NCBI GenBank assembly: GCA_003242895.1 | Contig: QKMY01000020.1 | Span: 2,965-66,964 of the forward strand | Length of the DNA stretch: 64,000 nt | From: Candidatus Margulisiibacteriota bacterium | Lineage (GTDB): Bacteria > Margulisbacteria > Riflemargulisbacteria > GWF2-39-127 | Reading direction: 5' to 3' | Shown here: positions 8,081 through 18,708 of the stretch, piece by piece | Position numbering within the stretch: position 1 is the stretch's first letter | Layout of the letters: each line of letters starts with the position of its first letter | Made by a program: the position numbers and the translations under genes | The notes under the pieces: generated by a model | What the model was told of the DNA's origin: nothing | Databases searched by the model: none | The model's input: the letters and a program-made list of their open reading frames with translations, nothing else

Positions 8081-9862
8081 TCACCTTCGAAAATATTTAT
8101 CGATCTCAGTCAATACCATACGGGTTTCATTGTACATTTCCTGCAGTTCATTATTATGAGAATTTTTTCCGCCATACCGGCTTATATCACACAAATCCAG
8201 TATTGAAATAAGCTTTTTAATTACCTCTTGCGGCACTCCAAGTCCACTGCACTTATCAACGATCTCAGTCTTGGTAAGGCCCTGAGATGATACTCCGAAT
8301 TTATCGGCGACAGCAATAGTTACAGCCTCATTTATAAGCAGATAGAACTCCGCCGGTGTATTTTCTTTCATCGGCTTCCTGGCTTTCTGTAATATCCCCA
8401 ATCCTTTGCTGACGGCATTTCTCATACGCAAAGAATCGGAGTTCTTGTAACGCAAATGCTTTGCAAAAAGATACAAGATATTGATAAAAAGAACAGATAT
8501 CCCAAACAATAACGATAATTTAAAAAATAAAGATTGATTGAAACTGGCAACAGGCTCAAGCCGGGACGTTTCTTTAATATAATTAAGATCTTCTTTCAGC
8601 TCATTTATAGTTTTCTTGTTAACGAGTCCAGATGAATCCGCAGTCTGTTTATTATTACCGCTGCCCTTTATAACGGTTATCGCTGGCATATCTATAGCGG
8701 AGGTAATATATTTTTTTTTGCTGACAGAGAAATAGGTAAAACTAACCGGATCGAGCTTATAGGTGCCGGCAACTCCGGGAATTAAAATAATCGAGGCCTT
8801 CTTCACCCCTCGCAACTTGTCTCCATCTACTTTTACATCGACAGATTCTTTAGAATCGAACTTTTTAATGTCTTCAGGCAACACGAGTTCAGGTAGCATA
8901 ACGTCTTTGACATTTCCCTCACCTTCAACTTCTACCACAGCATTAATAACATCGCCGACAGCTACCTTCGTCGCATCAACGCTGACAGAAAACCGGTAAT
9001 CGCCAATACCGCCGCGCGCATTTCCCTGAGACACGGATGGTAAAGGCAGAACCATTATTGTAAGAGGTTTTGAGAGAACTTCTTGAGCCGGATCAAAATA
9101 GCTCATTTGCAGGGTAACTTTTGCCGGATCAATGCTAATCGCATTTGTTTGATATGCAGGAACGATTATCGCTCTGACTTCATCAACTATATAGTCATGA
9201 TTACCTCTCGTCTCCTGATAAGTCCTTGTACTTTTATCTTTATCAAGAGGATAGGTCACAAATCCTTTGAAAAGCGGAGGTCGATAACTCACATCCCCAA
9301 AAATCCTTATTCTTCGATAAAACTTCGCTTTATAAATTATCTGCTCACCTACGTAGGGATCTCTTTTGGAAACACTCGATTCAAGGAATACTTCAGGCAT
9401 CGAAGCGTTCGACCCCCGTGTATTTTGTTGAACTGAACTTGGAGAAATGACAGCCCGCGATTGCCCGGAAGATACCACTTTCAGGACAAGCTCTTTTGTT
9501 TGATAATTTTTATTGGCAATAGTAAACTGAAATGAAGGAATTTTGATCGTTCCGGCTTCACGCGGGGCAAGTGTGTATTGGAATTGTTTGCTACTGGAAA
9601 TTTTTCCGTTAATCCATGAAAACTGGGATGACTGAGATGTATTCATAACCGAGAGTTTATCCAACTTCGGGAGGTCGGGCAAATCAATATTTCCGACATC
9701 CCCTTCCAAGGTAAGAGTCAAAACAACGCTTCCATCAAGGCTAATCTCATCGGTCGATAAAGAAGCCGCAACGTTTACCTCACTGTAAGCCATTCCAACA
9801 AAAGTGAGCAAAAATAACAATATTAATAAAGGTTTACCAATCTTTCTCAACATTCGTCTCAC
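8081..9862 (-). CDS. batD: BatD-like oxygen-tolerance protein
   Basis: 593 aa with an N-terminal signal and a C-terminal TM (LFFKLSLLFGISVLFINILYLF). Sits between BatC and BatE in the canonical bat arrangement. Confidence 0.6.
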   Translation of the reverse strand: MRRMLRKIGKPLLILLFLLTFVGMAYSEVNVAASLSTDEISLDGSVVLTLTLEGDVGNIDLPDLPKLDKLSVMNTSQSSQFSWINGKISSSKQFQYTLAPREAGTIKIPSFQFTIANKNYQTKELVLKVVSSGQSRAVISPSSVQQNTRGSNASMPEVFLESSVSKRDPYVGEQIIYKAKFYRRIRIFGDVSYRPPLFKGFVTYPLDKDKSTRTYQETRGNHDYIVDEVRAIIVPAYQTNAISIDPAKVTLQMSYFDPAQEVLSKPLTIMVLPLPSVSQGNARGGIGDYRFSVSVDATKVAVGDVINAVVEVEGEGNVKDVMLPELVLPEDIKKFDSKESVDVKVDGDKLRGVKKASIILIPGVAGTYKLDPVSFTYFSVSKKKYITSAIDMPAITVIKGSGNNKQTADSSGLVNKKTINELKEDLNYIKETSRLEPVASFNQSLFFKLSLLFGISVLFINILYLFAKHLRYKNSDSLRMRNAVSKGLGILQKARKPMKENTPAEFYLLINEAVTIAVADKFGVSSQGLTKTEIVDKCSGLGVPQEVIKKLISILDLCDISRYGGKNSHNNELQEMYNETRMVLTEIDKYFRR

Positions 9863-10547
9863 CCTTTGCAGATTGCTGAAGCTTAGTCGGATTTTGACCT
9901 TGCTCTTTTGCTACCATATCAAGTATCCGCTGCGCATCTTCCTTGGATATATCACCTTTTTCAGGAGGTTTTTCATTGTTTTTCTTGTTATCATTTTTAT
10001 TATTATCATCGTTTCCCTGATTGTTTTTTTTATCTTTCTTCTGCTGATTATTATCTTGTTTGTCACCTTTTGAATCCTGATTATTCTTTTCTTTCATAAC
10101 TCCTGATTGATTGTTATCTTTATGTTTTTTCCGAACAAATCCTAAGTTATATTTAGCATCCTGGTTCGTATTATCGAGATCGACAGCAGTCTTATACGCC
10201 TGGATAGCTTTGTCATATTGCCCGGATTTATAATAGTTGTTACCAAGATTATAGTTTACGATGCTCCGGTTCTTACTGCTCAGTTCAGGCGATGCAACAG
10301 CCTCCGACAAATACTTCCCGGCATCCTGATACCGGTTCATTTTATAAAAGGACACACCGGCATTGTTGCCGACCTTAGGATTTTTAGGCTCTTTTGAATA
10401 TGCTTGCACATAGTGCTCAAGTGCATTCTGATATTCACCGGACCTGTACGACTTGTTCCCTGCGGCTACATCAGAACGTACCGAGGCACAGGCACTGCTG
10501 GACATAAATGCGGCTATTAATATAATAAAGATGAGTAAGTTTTTCAT
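9834..10547 (-). CDS. batC: BatC-like TPR-repeat protein with a low-complexity Lys/Asn/Asp-rich tail
   Basis: Signal peptide. TPR motifs (YRSGEYQNALEHYVQAY, FYKMNRYQDAGKYL, YYKSGQYDKAIQAYKTA). KDNNQ.. tail. Confidence 0.6.
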   Translation of the reverse strand: MKNLLIFIILIAAFMSSSACASVRSDVAAGNKSYRSGEYQNALEHYVQAYSKEPKNPKVGNNAGVSFYKMNRYQDAGKYLSEAVASPELSSKNRSIVNYNLGNNYYKSGQYDKAIQAYKTAVDLDNTNQDAKYNLGFVRKKHKDNNQSGVMKEKNNQDSKGDKQDNNQQKKDKKNNQGNDDNNKNDNKKNNEKPPEKGDISKEDAQRILDMVAKEQGQNPTKLQQSAKGETNVEKDW

Positions 10548-10561
10548 TATTAAAAAAAACG

Positions 10562-11569
10562 TCAGGTCCGTTCCCTCTTTCTCTCAGAAATTAATAACTC
10601 AAGCAGCAACAGCATGAAAGCCAGAAATAACGGATATTGATAGCGATCTTCATACTGCTCAGCAAGTTTTGAGCGGATCTCTTTCTGGTCCATGCTTCTA
10701 ATTTCTTTATAAATCGTATCCAACTCGAATTCCGCCGGACTTGCATGATAATAGCCACCTTCAGTTGTTAGTGCAATATCTTTTAATAGTTTTTCGTTTA
10801 ATCGAGAAACAATGATAGTCCCATTCCGGTCTTTCTTGTACCCGACCTTTACGCCATCGTTATCGAGCTGAGGAATAGGCTCACCTTGGACACTTCCGAT
10901 CCCGACAGTAAAGATGATAACTCCTTCTCTCGCAGCTTTTTTGGCTGCCGCAAGAGCATTATTATCAAGGTCCTCGCCATCGGTTATCAGCAAGATGACT
11001 TTGTATTTTCTCTCCTTGTTACCGAAGACCAGTAACGAGGTCTCGATTGCTTTGGATATATTTGTCCCAGGCTCAGGAACAGTGTCCGTATCGATATTAT
11101 TCACGAACAAGGAGGCTGCCTCATAATCGATAGTCAGGGGACATTGAATAAACGCGTTGCCGGAAAACGCTATAATGCCAATTCTATCCCCACGAAGTTT
11201 GTTCACAAATGATTTGATCTCATGCTTTGCTTTAATGAGACGGTTGGGCTTGATATCTTCGGTCAACATGCTCTTTGAAGTATCAACTGCAACAACAACA
11301 TCCAGTCCTTTTCTGGTCACCGGCTGCATCTTAAATCCGTATTGGGGCCGGGCTATTGCAAGAATTAACAGTCCTAGTACCGCTATGCGCAACACATATT
11401 TGATTGTAGTTTTCTGCCGGCTTTTATTTGCATACATCTTTTTTACGACTTCAGCATCGCCGATACGTGAAATAAGCCGGGAACTATGACGAACAAACAC
11501 AATGTACGCCACTATGAATACCGGAATACTCCATAATAAAAACAGATAATAATTATTTGCAAACCGCAT
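10562..11569 (-). CDS. batB: BatB, von Willebrand factor A domain membrane protein
   Basis: N-terminal TM helices, then a vWA domain with MIDAS DxSxS (VAVDTSKSM) and a TDGED block. Paralogous to the adjacent BatA. Confidence 0.75.
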   Translation of the reverse strand: MRFANNYYLFLLWSIPVFIVAYIVFVRHSSRLISRIGDAEVVKKMYANKSRQKTTIKYVLRIAVLGLLILAIARPQYGFKMQPVTRKGLDVVVAVDTSKSMLTEDIKPNRLIKAKHEIKSFVNKLRGDRIGIIAFSGNAFIQCPLTIDYEAASLFVNNIDTDTVPEPGTNISKAIETSLLVFGNKERKYKVILLITDGEDLDNNALAAAKKAAREGVIIFTVGIGSVQGEPIPQLDNDGVKVGYKKDRNGTIIVSRLNEKLLKDIALTTEGGYYHASPAEFELDTIYKEIRSMDQKEIRSKLAEQYEDRYQYPLFLAFMLLLLELLISERKRERT

Positions 11570-11603
11570 ACCACATTCACCATATCAAGCTGTTTATTGA
11601 GTG

Positions 11604-12614
11604 CTATGGCACCCGTCTTAACCACGTTAAGGATAAGATTATCTCCAGCAGAAAGATCAACATTGCCGGAACAAGAAAATAATTCGCAAGCTCGCCAAAA
11701 TTATCATACTCTTTTATTTTCATTTCAGTCTTTTCTAATGAATCGATCTTCTTGTATATTTCTCTTAATTTATTACTATCGGTAGCCCTGAAATATCTTC
11801 CGCCGGTTATACTCGCGATCTGCTTAAGCGATTCTTCATCGATTTTCGTCATAACAAGACTTCCGTCAGGGTTCTGGTAATAGACTTTACCGTAGAGAGG
11901 ATGGCTAAAGGGGATGGGAGCGCCGCCTTCTTTGCCAACACCTATGGCATATATCTTAATGTTAAAGCTCCTGGCCAGTTTCGCAGCTGTAATCGGGTCT
12001 ATCTCTCCTGCATTATTATCGCCATCTGTCAGCAAGATAATTACTTTGCTCTTTGAGTCAGACTTACGCAGCCGATTAATGGAAGTCGCAATTGCCATTC
12101 CAATTGCAGTTCCATCCTCGATCATCCCAATTTTAACATTATTGAGAAAGGTCTCAAGTATGGCGTAATCAAGGGTCAGAGGAACCTGCGTATAACTTTT
12201 TCCGGCAAAAACAATGAGGCCGATCCGGTCATTTTTTCTTCCACGAACAAATTCTTTAAATAATTCCTTGGCTGTTTCAATACGATTTTTCGGTTTAAAA
12301 TCTTCGGCTGCCATTGTTCCGGAAACATCAATTGCAGAAATGATATCAACGCCATGTGTAATGACGTCAATTGTTCTTGTACCGTACTGAGGACGCGACA
12401 GCGCTATAATGATGAGAAATAAAACAAATAAATGAATAGAGGGCAGCGCCTTATAAACCTTTGCTTTTAAACTAATAGTGTAATTCTTTAAAAGGTTAAT
12501 ATCCGAATAAAGAAAATACGAGCTTCTTTTTGTATAAAAGGTTTTCAACCACCAATAAATAAGGGGTAAAAAAACCAACAATGCCAGATAGTAAACAGAG
12601 CCAAATCTTATCAT
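11604..12614 (-). CDS. batA: BatA, von Willebrand factor A domain membrane protein
   Basis: N-terminal TMs, vWA domain (SAIDVSGTM ... LLTDGDNN). 336 aa. Confidence 0.75.
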   Translation of the reverse strand: MIRFGSVYYLALLVFLPLIYWWLKTFYTKRSSYFLYSDINLLKNYTISLKAKVYKALPSIHLFVLFLIIIALSRPQYGTRTIDVITHGVDIISAIDVSGTMAAEDFKPKNRIETAKELFKEFVRGRKNDRIGLIVFAGKSYTQVPLTLDYAILETFLNNVKIGMIEDGTAIGMAIATSINRLRKSDSKSKVIILLTDGDNNAGEIDPITAAKLARSFNIKIYAIGVGKEGGAPIPFSHPLYGKVYYQNPDGSLVMTKIDEESLKQIASITGGRYFRATDSNKLREIYKKIDSLEKTEMKIKEYDNFGELANYFLVPAMLIFLLEIILSLTWLRRVP

Positions 12615-13592
12615 TTACAAACCCTGAGAATGCGATGGAGTTTCCATCCTAGATTTATATACATCGTAAAACTGGTCTAATATCGAATGTGCCTGAACCA
12701 GATATTCTTCTCCTTCTATTCGCGTAGGAAAATGTTTTGCGAACTTAACCAAATCAGCTGATTGCAGCCACTGCCGAAAAGTATCTTGCGTTTCCCACGT
12801 AAGCTTAAACGATTTCGTTGCCACTAATAATTCGCTGGTAGTCATCTCCAGCGCGTCCATTCGAAACTGTTTTTGCAGATATTCCCGTATCACCTCGGAA
12901 ACTGAACTATAATATTCTTTATACATTTCATCGATAAGGAAACTTCCGGCATTTATGCTCTCGAACTTACGTTTCGCCTCTTCATATGGCTCAAGTTGAA
13001 TTACGACCTGAGGCTCGTCAACAGCTTTCTTTCGTTTGAAATAGCGGATCAAGGCAAAAATAATTGCAGAGAAAATTGCCAGGCCTGCCAAAACAGCCGC
13101 AATAAGTTTCCAGGGATAGGGAATTGAAAACGGCGGCTTCACATCGCGAATATCACCTTTATCGGCAGCATTTGCACTCACTTCCCTCACGGTTACTTCC
13201 AGCGGAGGAAAAACTATACTGCGCTTACTAGTGCCATCCTGAATAGAAACATTCATTGTGGGTATGGTAAAATTGCCAAGATCATAAGCCGCAAGCAAAT
13301 AGACGCCTTCGACTTTCTTCGCATTATTTGCATAGGTATTCTTAACAGTCTTCTCCTGAAACGATTTCACCTCAAAACTTCCAAAGCCTGAATCCGGACG
13401 GGGAAACGTAACTACTGCATTCCTGGGTACAATAATGGACAATGTATAGGGAAAATGATCTCCGATTATAACGGAGTTAACGGACACCTTTGCTTCAGGG
13501 CGCAACGAGTTTTCAGCATTAACTACAGGCAGTACCGAGAGAAAAAACACGGCAATTATTATTACTTTGAACCTCAACATCTTTCGTCTCAC
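12615..13592 (-). CDS. Bat-operon hypothetical membrane protein (signal peptide + central TM)
   Basis: Position between DUF58 and BatA matches the uncharacterised membrane protein of bat loci. No catalytic motifs. Confidence 0.45.
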   Translation of the reverse strand: MRRKMLRFKVIIIAVFFLSVLPVVNAENSLRPEAKVSVNSVIIGDHFPYTLSIIVPRNAVVTFPRPDSGFGSFEVKSFQEKTVKNTYANNAKKVEGVYLLAAYDLGNFTIPTMNVSIQDGTSKRSIVFPPLEVTVREVSANAADKGDIRDVKPPFSIPYPWKLIAAVLAGLAIFSAIIFALIRYFKRKKAVDEPQVVIQLEPYEEAKRKFESINAGSFLIDEMYKEYYSSVSEVIREYLQKQFRMDALEMTTSELLVATKSFKLTWETQDTFRQWLQSADLVKFAKHFPTRIEGEEYLVQAHSILDQFYDVYKSRMETPSHSQGL

Positions 13593-13607
13593 TATTGCTC
13601 CTTCTTA

Positions 13608-14492
13608 TTATCGTCGCTTTTCACGGTATCTGAAATACCTCATCAAGGACTCGACATACGAACCGGTAGAACATATGAAAATAGGTTCGACATTGATAGT
13701 CCGGAATAATTTATCAAGATTTCGCTGCGCTTCTTCCCGGTCTTTTTTAAACGTTGCTGCAAATTTGCGGTCGGAAGTATCGACAACCAGCAATTCGTCT
13801 TTTTCCTCATCATAAAGCTCAATAAGCCCAATATCCGGCAACGATTGCTCCATAACGTCATTAATAACGACCGGAATAACATCATGTTTCTTGTTCAAAA
13901 TCGACAACGACTGTTTCCAATCAGAATCAATAAAATCTGAAAGAATGAATATCAAACTTTTCTTTTTGACAGTTTTATTCAATCGATCTAATGCTGCCTT
14001 AATATTTGTGGCTTTATGCCGGGGACTAAAATAGAGGACCTCTTGAATAACTCGCATGGCATGCTTTTTGCCTTTTTTCGGTGGAATATACTTTTCGAAA
14101 CCATCCGAGTAAATAGCAAGTCCTACATTGTCATTATTTTTGATGGCTGAGAAAGACAACAACGCGCTCATCTCGGCTGCGATTTCACTTTTGGTGGCTA
14201 TTCTTGTCCCTAATTTGAGCGATGCAGAGGCATCAACAACAAGGATAACAGTCAATTCACGTTCTTCGTGAAATACTTTGATAAAGGGATATCCGCTTTT
14301 TGCTGTCACATTCCAGTCGATTGCCCGAATATCATCGCCAGGCACATAAGCCCGAACTTCGCTGAACTCCATCCCTTTCCCTTTGAAGGCACTATGATAG
14401 CCGCCGGAAAGTAACGAATTAACAGTTCTCCGGGTTTTTATCTCAAGGTATTTTACTTTCTTTATTATATTTCCAGGAATAAATTGAGTCAT
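13608..14492 (-). CDS. DUF58-family protein (MoxR partner, vWA-like)
   Basis: Conserved DUF58 N-terminal block ...GGYHSAFKGKGMEFSEVRAYVPGDDIRAIDWNVTAK. Immediately downstream of MoxR. Confidence 0.8.
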   Translation of the reverse strand: MTQFIPGNIIKKVKYLEIKTRRTVNSLLSGGYHSAFKGKGMEFSEVRAYVPGDDIRAIDWNVTAKSGYPFIKVFHEERELTVILVVDASASLKLGTRIATKSEIAAEMSALLSFSAIKNNDNVGLAIYSDGFEKYIPPKKGKKHAMRVIQEVLYFSPRHKATNIKAALDRLNKTVKKKSLIFILSDFIDSDWKQSLSILNKKHDVIPVVINDVMEQSLPDIGLIELYDEEKDELLVVDTSDRKFAATFKKDREEAQRNLDKLFRTINVEPIFICSTGSYVESLMRYFRYREKRR

Positions 14493-14503
14493 AATTCCCT
14501 TGG

Positions 14504-15496
14504 TTATGGAACCGGTATCTCATCAAATAATATTTTTATAATTTTCTCAGAATCGATCTCTTGAGCTTCGGCCTCATACGAAACAATTATTCTATGTCTT
14601 AGAACATCGTAACCTATCTCCTTGATATCCTCAGGGATTACAAATCCTCTCCGGTTAATAAAGGCATGGGCTTTCGCAGCTTTCGCCAGATAGATAGAAG
14701 CGCGGGGTGACGCGCCGAATTCGATAAATTCCTGGATCTTTGCAAGACCTGGATATTTGCCGGGATTTCTGGAAGCATCTATAATATCGACAATATAATT
14801 CTTTATTTTTTCATCGATATAAACCTGATTAACGATTTTCCTAGCTTCAACAAGCCTCTCCGGAGTAATCACCTTTTGCAAGGTTACCACCGTGTCCTGG
14901 GTAATCAGATCGATAATTTGTCTTTCTTCGTTTTTTGAAGGATAATCTACTTTGATCTTTAACATGAACCGATCGACTTGCGCCTCAGGCAACGGATAGG
15001 TGCCTTCCTGTTCGATCGGATTCTGGGTAGCCATAACCAGGAATGGCAGGGGCAATAAATACGTCTTATCACCGATGGTCACTTGTTTTTCCTGCATAGC
15101 TTCTAGCAAGGCACTCTGCACTTTTGCAGGTGCTCTATTGATCTCATCAGCAAGAACAATGTTCGCAAATATGGGACCTTTTTTAGGCACGAATTCATTA
15201 GTTTTTTGATTGAAAATCATCGTTCCAACAATATCCGCAGGCAAAAGATCCGGCGTAAACTGCATTCTGGCAAACGAAAAATCAATAATCGATGCCATTG
15301 TTTTGATAGTTAAGGTCTTAGCTAGACCGGGAACTCCCTCAAGAAGAATATGTCCGTCAGCAAGCAGACCAACGAGCATTCGCTCGATCATATATTTTTG
15401 ACCAATGATCTGTTTGGCAATCTCAGACATAATCTGGGAAATAAAAACACTTTGTTCTTGAACTTTACTATTAATAACGGTAATTTCTTGTAGCAA
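14504..15496 (-). CDS. moxR: MoxR-family AAA+ ATPase
   Basis: Walker A GHILLEGVPGLAKT, Walker B/sensor LADEINRAPAKVQSALLEAMQE, ~330 aa. Canonical MoxR. Confidence 0.9.
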   Translation of the reverse strand: MLQEITVINSKVQEQSVFISQIMSEIAKQIIGQKYMIERMLVGLLADGHILLEGVPGLAKTLTIKTMASIIDFSFARMQFTPDLLPADIVGTMIFNQKTNEFVPKKGPIFANIVLADEINRAPAKVQSALLEAMQEKQVTIGDKTYLLPLPFLVMATQNPIEQEGTYPLPEAQVDRFMLKIKVDYPSKNEERQIIDLITQDTVVTLQKVITPERLVEARKIVNQVYIDEKIKNYIVDIIDASRNPGKYPGLAKIQEFIEFGASPRASIYLAKAAKAHAFINRRGFVIPEDIKEIGYDVLRHRIIVSYEAEAQEIDSEKIIKILFDEIPVP

Positions 15497-15522
15497 GGCA
15501 GGTCCTCCTTACATGAATTGAA

Positions 15523-15849
15523 TTATGATGCCGCACTTTCTTTACTCGAAGCAGGAGAGCTGGAACTCCCAGTCGTCGTTGACGCTTCTTTCGGAGAAGT
15601 TGTTGATACGGAAGCCGTATTAGATGAAGCTGTGGTTGTTGACGAAGACGCAGTACTTGATGAACCGGAACTCTTATAATCAGTAACATGAAAGCCGGAA
15701 CCCTTGAACGAAATACCAATAGTCTGCGAAATCATTTTTTTCGATTCGCCATTACATTGAGGACATGGCAATTCAGGACTTTCTGATATACTATGGAATG
15801 TCTCGAATACATGATTACAGCTTTTGCATTTATAATCATAAAAAGGCAT
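15523..15849 (-). CDS. FmdB-family zinc-ribbon protein with Ser/Thr-rich tail
   Basis: N-terminal MPFYDYKCKSCNHVFE...CPQCNG is the FmdB CxxC-x(n)-CxxC zinc ribbon. Poly-S/T C-terminus. 24 nt upstream of moxR. Confidence 0.6.
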   Translation of the reverse strand: MPFYDYKCKSCNHVFETFHSISESPELPCPQCNGESKKMISQTIGISFKGSGFHVTDYKSSGSSSTASSSTTTASSNTASVSTTSPKEASTTTGSSSSPASSKESAAS

Positions 15850-15948
15850 AGATATTGATCCCTTCTGTACTTTTTCGCTAAATTCACTTAACTACAAAGT
15901 GTAATTATAATCAAATTCCGTATATTTTCAAGAGGGTCGAGCAACCTC

Positions 15949-18708
15949 CTATTTCCTGAATTTCGCTAATTGCTCAAGTACATTCCGGAGCTTGCGCAGG
16001 GATTCCCCATACCCAGCCCAGTCCCCGCTCTTTTGTTTTTCCAGCGCTTCGTTATAATTGTCGAGAGCTTGTTTCGCGAGTCTTTCGTATTCCGGACTTG
16101 CGGTAACAACATTGCCAGTCGTTTGAACTGCGACATTTTCGGTAATAGGTATATTTCCGAATACTTTGGCTATCGCTTTCTCCAAATCGGTTTCCATAAC
16201 AACATTATCTCCATAAGCAACAATCACACGTTTAAGCTGCGGAAGGTTCGATGCTGTGGCCTGAAGATAAAGAGGCTCGACATAAACAAGCGAGTTCTCT
16301 ATCGGGATAATCAGGATATTGCCTCTGATGATCGTAGACCCTTTTTGTCCCCAGAGGGTAAGCTGCTGAGAGATGTACGTATCCTGATCAATTCTTGATT
16401 CGATTTGCGTAGGGCCAAAAATCTGCCGTTCTTTCGAAAGCTTATAAACCGAAAGCTTGCCATACTCATCAGGATTATTTTTTGATACCAGCCAGGAAAT
16501 CAGATTATTCTTGTTAGAGGGAGTATATGGTATCAGCTGCAAGAAATCAAAATTATTTTCATCAGGCAGCTTCATAGTAATGTAGTAAGGCTCCATCACA
16601 GCTTCAGATTCATCGTTCTTCTGTTTCGGGATTTCCCAGACATCCTCCTGGTTGTAGAATACCTGAGGGTTCGTCATATGATAATTTCTGTACATATGTG
16701 CCTGTATCGCGAAATAATCATTGGGAACCCGGACATGGCTTTTGAGGGAATCGGGCATCTGAGAAAAAGGTTTGAACACCCCTTTGAAAATGCTTTGATA
16801 GGTCTTAATAATCGGATCTTTTTCGTCCATAAGGTAAAATGCAACGGTACCATCATAAGCATCGACCGTAATTTTGACAGAATTACGAATATAATTGATT
16901 GAATTATTAAACGGCTGAGAATAAGGATACTGATTCGAGAGGGTATATCCATCCATCATCCAGTAGATCCGGCCATCAGCTACAACAACATAGGGATCTC
17001 TGTCATAAGTAATAAAAGGCACTATCGTTTTAACGCGGTCCATAATGTTCCGGTTATAGAGGATCTTGCTGCCTTTCTTAATATACGAGGTAAAGAAAAT
17101 ATTCTTATCGCCAAACTGCACTGAATATAGCAGCCGGTTCAACCATGAATCAATTGCAATGCCTCTACCTCCTGCGTATTGGGTATAGACGTTATCGTCG
17201 CCTTTCGGATAATCAAATTCCTTAATGTCAGTGTTTACGATAACATACTCATTTGCCCGTTCACCAAAATAGATCTCCGGACGATTGATTTTGTACGGTA
17301 CCGTCGATACCGGAGGAATATTCTTTATGTAGAATTCCGGCATCCCGTCACTGGTAAACTGATTAACCGGGCTCATGACAACACCGTAGCCGTGGGTATA
17401 CTGCAGTTTCCTGTTAACCCAGCTCTGAGCTTTGTCCGATAGCTGACTTCCGATCAATTCCCTCGCAGATATCATGACTTGCTGAGATTTGCCGCCGAGG
17501 TCGTACCTATCGACGTCGACATTCGCAAACTCGTAATAAAGGCGGATCTCTTGTAACTGAGAAAAGGTCTTAAGGATAGGAGTTTCATCCCAGACCCTGA
17601 TGTTATCAATTATCTCCTTATTATTTCTGATCTCGTTCATGTTCAGCTCTTCTAATGCCGGGAAAAAACTCTCAGAAACATTTTCAAGATTAAAGGCTTT
17701 CCTTGTATAATTGATGTTATGCTCGAGATAGGGTTTCTCTTTTTCATATTCGTTTGGGTTAACAACAAAATTCTGGATCAGCCCAGGATATATTCCCCCA
17801 AAAAACACGCCGCTTACCAGAAGGACAAACAACACCATAATCACCGGTTTAAAAGTCGGAATATAAATATCCAGGAACAAGATAGCCCCTGTCAATAACG
17901 ATAGCCCTGCCAGCACCGCGTAGTTGAGAAATCCGGCATGAATATCCGTATATCCCGGACCATGGAACAACTTACCGCCAGTCGTAAGCAACAACCCATA
18001 ACGAGACAACCAGAACTTTATAGCTAAGAGAACGAAAAATAGAGCACCCAAGGTTAAGAGATGGGCTTTAATTTTTTTATCTCGAAAGATAGATAACGAG
18101 ATTCTTAGTAACCCGAACTGAAGATAAACGGCAAAAAGAATAATGAGGGCTATAACAATAATCAACATCAGGAAAGCAACAATAAAATTATAGAAAGGTA
18201 AACTGAAAAAATAAAAAGAAATCGATTTCCCGAATAATGGATCTATAACCGTTGAAGGAGCCTGGTAAATGAACCGGAGTACTTTATCCCATTGAACGTA
18301 TCCCTGAACCCCCCCGACAACAAAACTTACCAGGGCAATAACAACCAATAAAACGATTAAGGTATATCGTCTTATAGCACCCTTAAGCAAATCCATGACA
18401 GGATTATAGGTAAACTTATCTTGCTTAAATAAGCGGTCCAGAAGTGAGTCGACAATCTCGGACTTGTTTTCAACATCGCGAATAATTCTCTGCGCAATAA
18501 ATAAATTTGCGGCAAAGAACAGAAACGTGCCGAGAAAAAAAACAGCAAACAAGCCAATTTTGGCCAGCGTAGAAATGAGAAAAACATTTTTGAAGCCAAC
18601 ATCGACAAACCATAAATAGGATGGATATATCCTAATGAACAAGTAAACTACCAACAGTGTTAAAAGTAATAACACAATACGCCAGAAAAACTTCACAGAA
18701 TTAATCAT
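15949..18708 (-). CDS. Large polytopic membrane protein, UPF0182-like
   Basis: 919 aa with ~8 N-terminal TM helices and a large soluble C-terminal region. Architecture and size match the UPF0182 family, but this is a recalled family assignment, not a confirmed one. Confidence 0.5.
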   Translation of the reverse strand: MINSVKFFWRIVLLLLTLLVVYLFIRIYPSYLWFVDVGFKNVFLISTLAKIGLFAVFFLGTFLFFAANLFIAQRIIRDVENKSEIVDSLLDRLFKQDKFTYNPVMDLLKGAIRRYTLIVLLVVIALVSFVVGGVQGYVQWDKVLRFIYQAPSTVIDPLFGKSISFYFFSLPFYNFIVAFLMLIIVIALIILFAVYLQFGLLRISLSIFRDKKIKAHLLTLGALFFVLLAIKFWLSRYGLLLTTGGKLFHGPGYTDIHAGFLNYAVLAGLSLLTGAILFLDIYIPTFKPVIMVLFVLLVSGVFFGGIYPGLIQNFVVNPNEYEKEKPYLEHNINYTRKAFNLENVSESFFPALEELNMNEIRNNKEIIDNIRVWDETPILKTFSQLQEIRLYYEFANVDVDRYDLGGKSQQVMISARELIGSQLSDKAQSWVNRKLQYTHGYGVVMSPVNQFTSDGMPEFYIKNIPPVSTVPYKINRPEIYFGERANEYVIVNTDIKEFDYPKGDDNVYTQYAGGRGIAIDSWLNRLLYSVQFGDKNIFFTSYIKKGSKILYNRNIMDRVKTIVPFITYDRDPYVVVADGRIYWMMDGYTLSNQYPYSQPFNNSINYIRNSVKITVDAYDGTVAFYLMDEKDPIIKTYQSIFKGVFKPFSQMPDSLKSHVRVPNDYFAIQAHMYRNYHMTNPQVFYNQEDVWEIPKQKNDESEAVMEPYYITMKLPDENNFDFLQLIPYTPSNKNNLISWLVSKNNPDEYGKLSVYKLSKERQIFGPTQIESRIDQDTYISQQLTLWGQKGSTIIRGNILIIPIENSLVYVEPLYLQATASNLPQLKRVIVAYGDNVVMETDLEKAIAKVFGNIPITENVAVQTTGNVVTASPEYERLAKQALDNYNEALEKQKSGDWAGYGESLRKLRNVLEQLAKFRK

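Noticed and set aside
9834-10100. Lys/Asn/Asp-rich low-complexity C-terminus of BatC overlapping the BatD start, considered as a possible frameshift or pseudogene.
   Set aside because: Both frames stay open with proper starts and stops. Short overlaps are the norm in this operon.
12615-15496. MoxR AAA+ ATPase + DUF58 + vWA proteins considered as a possible novel defence or stress ATPase system.
   Set aside because: Gene content and order exactly match the well-known Bat aerotolerance operon. It was reported as such rather than as novel.
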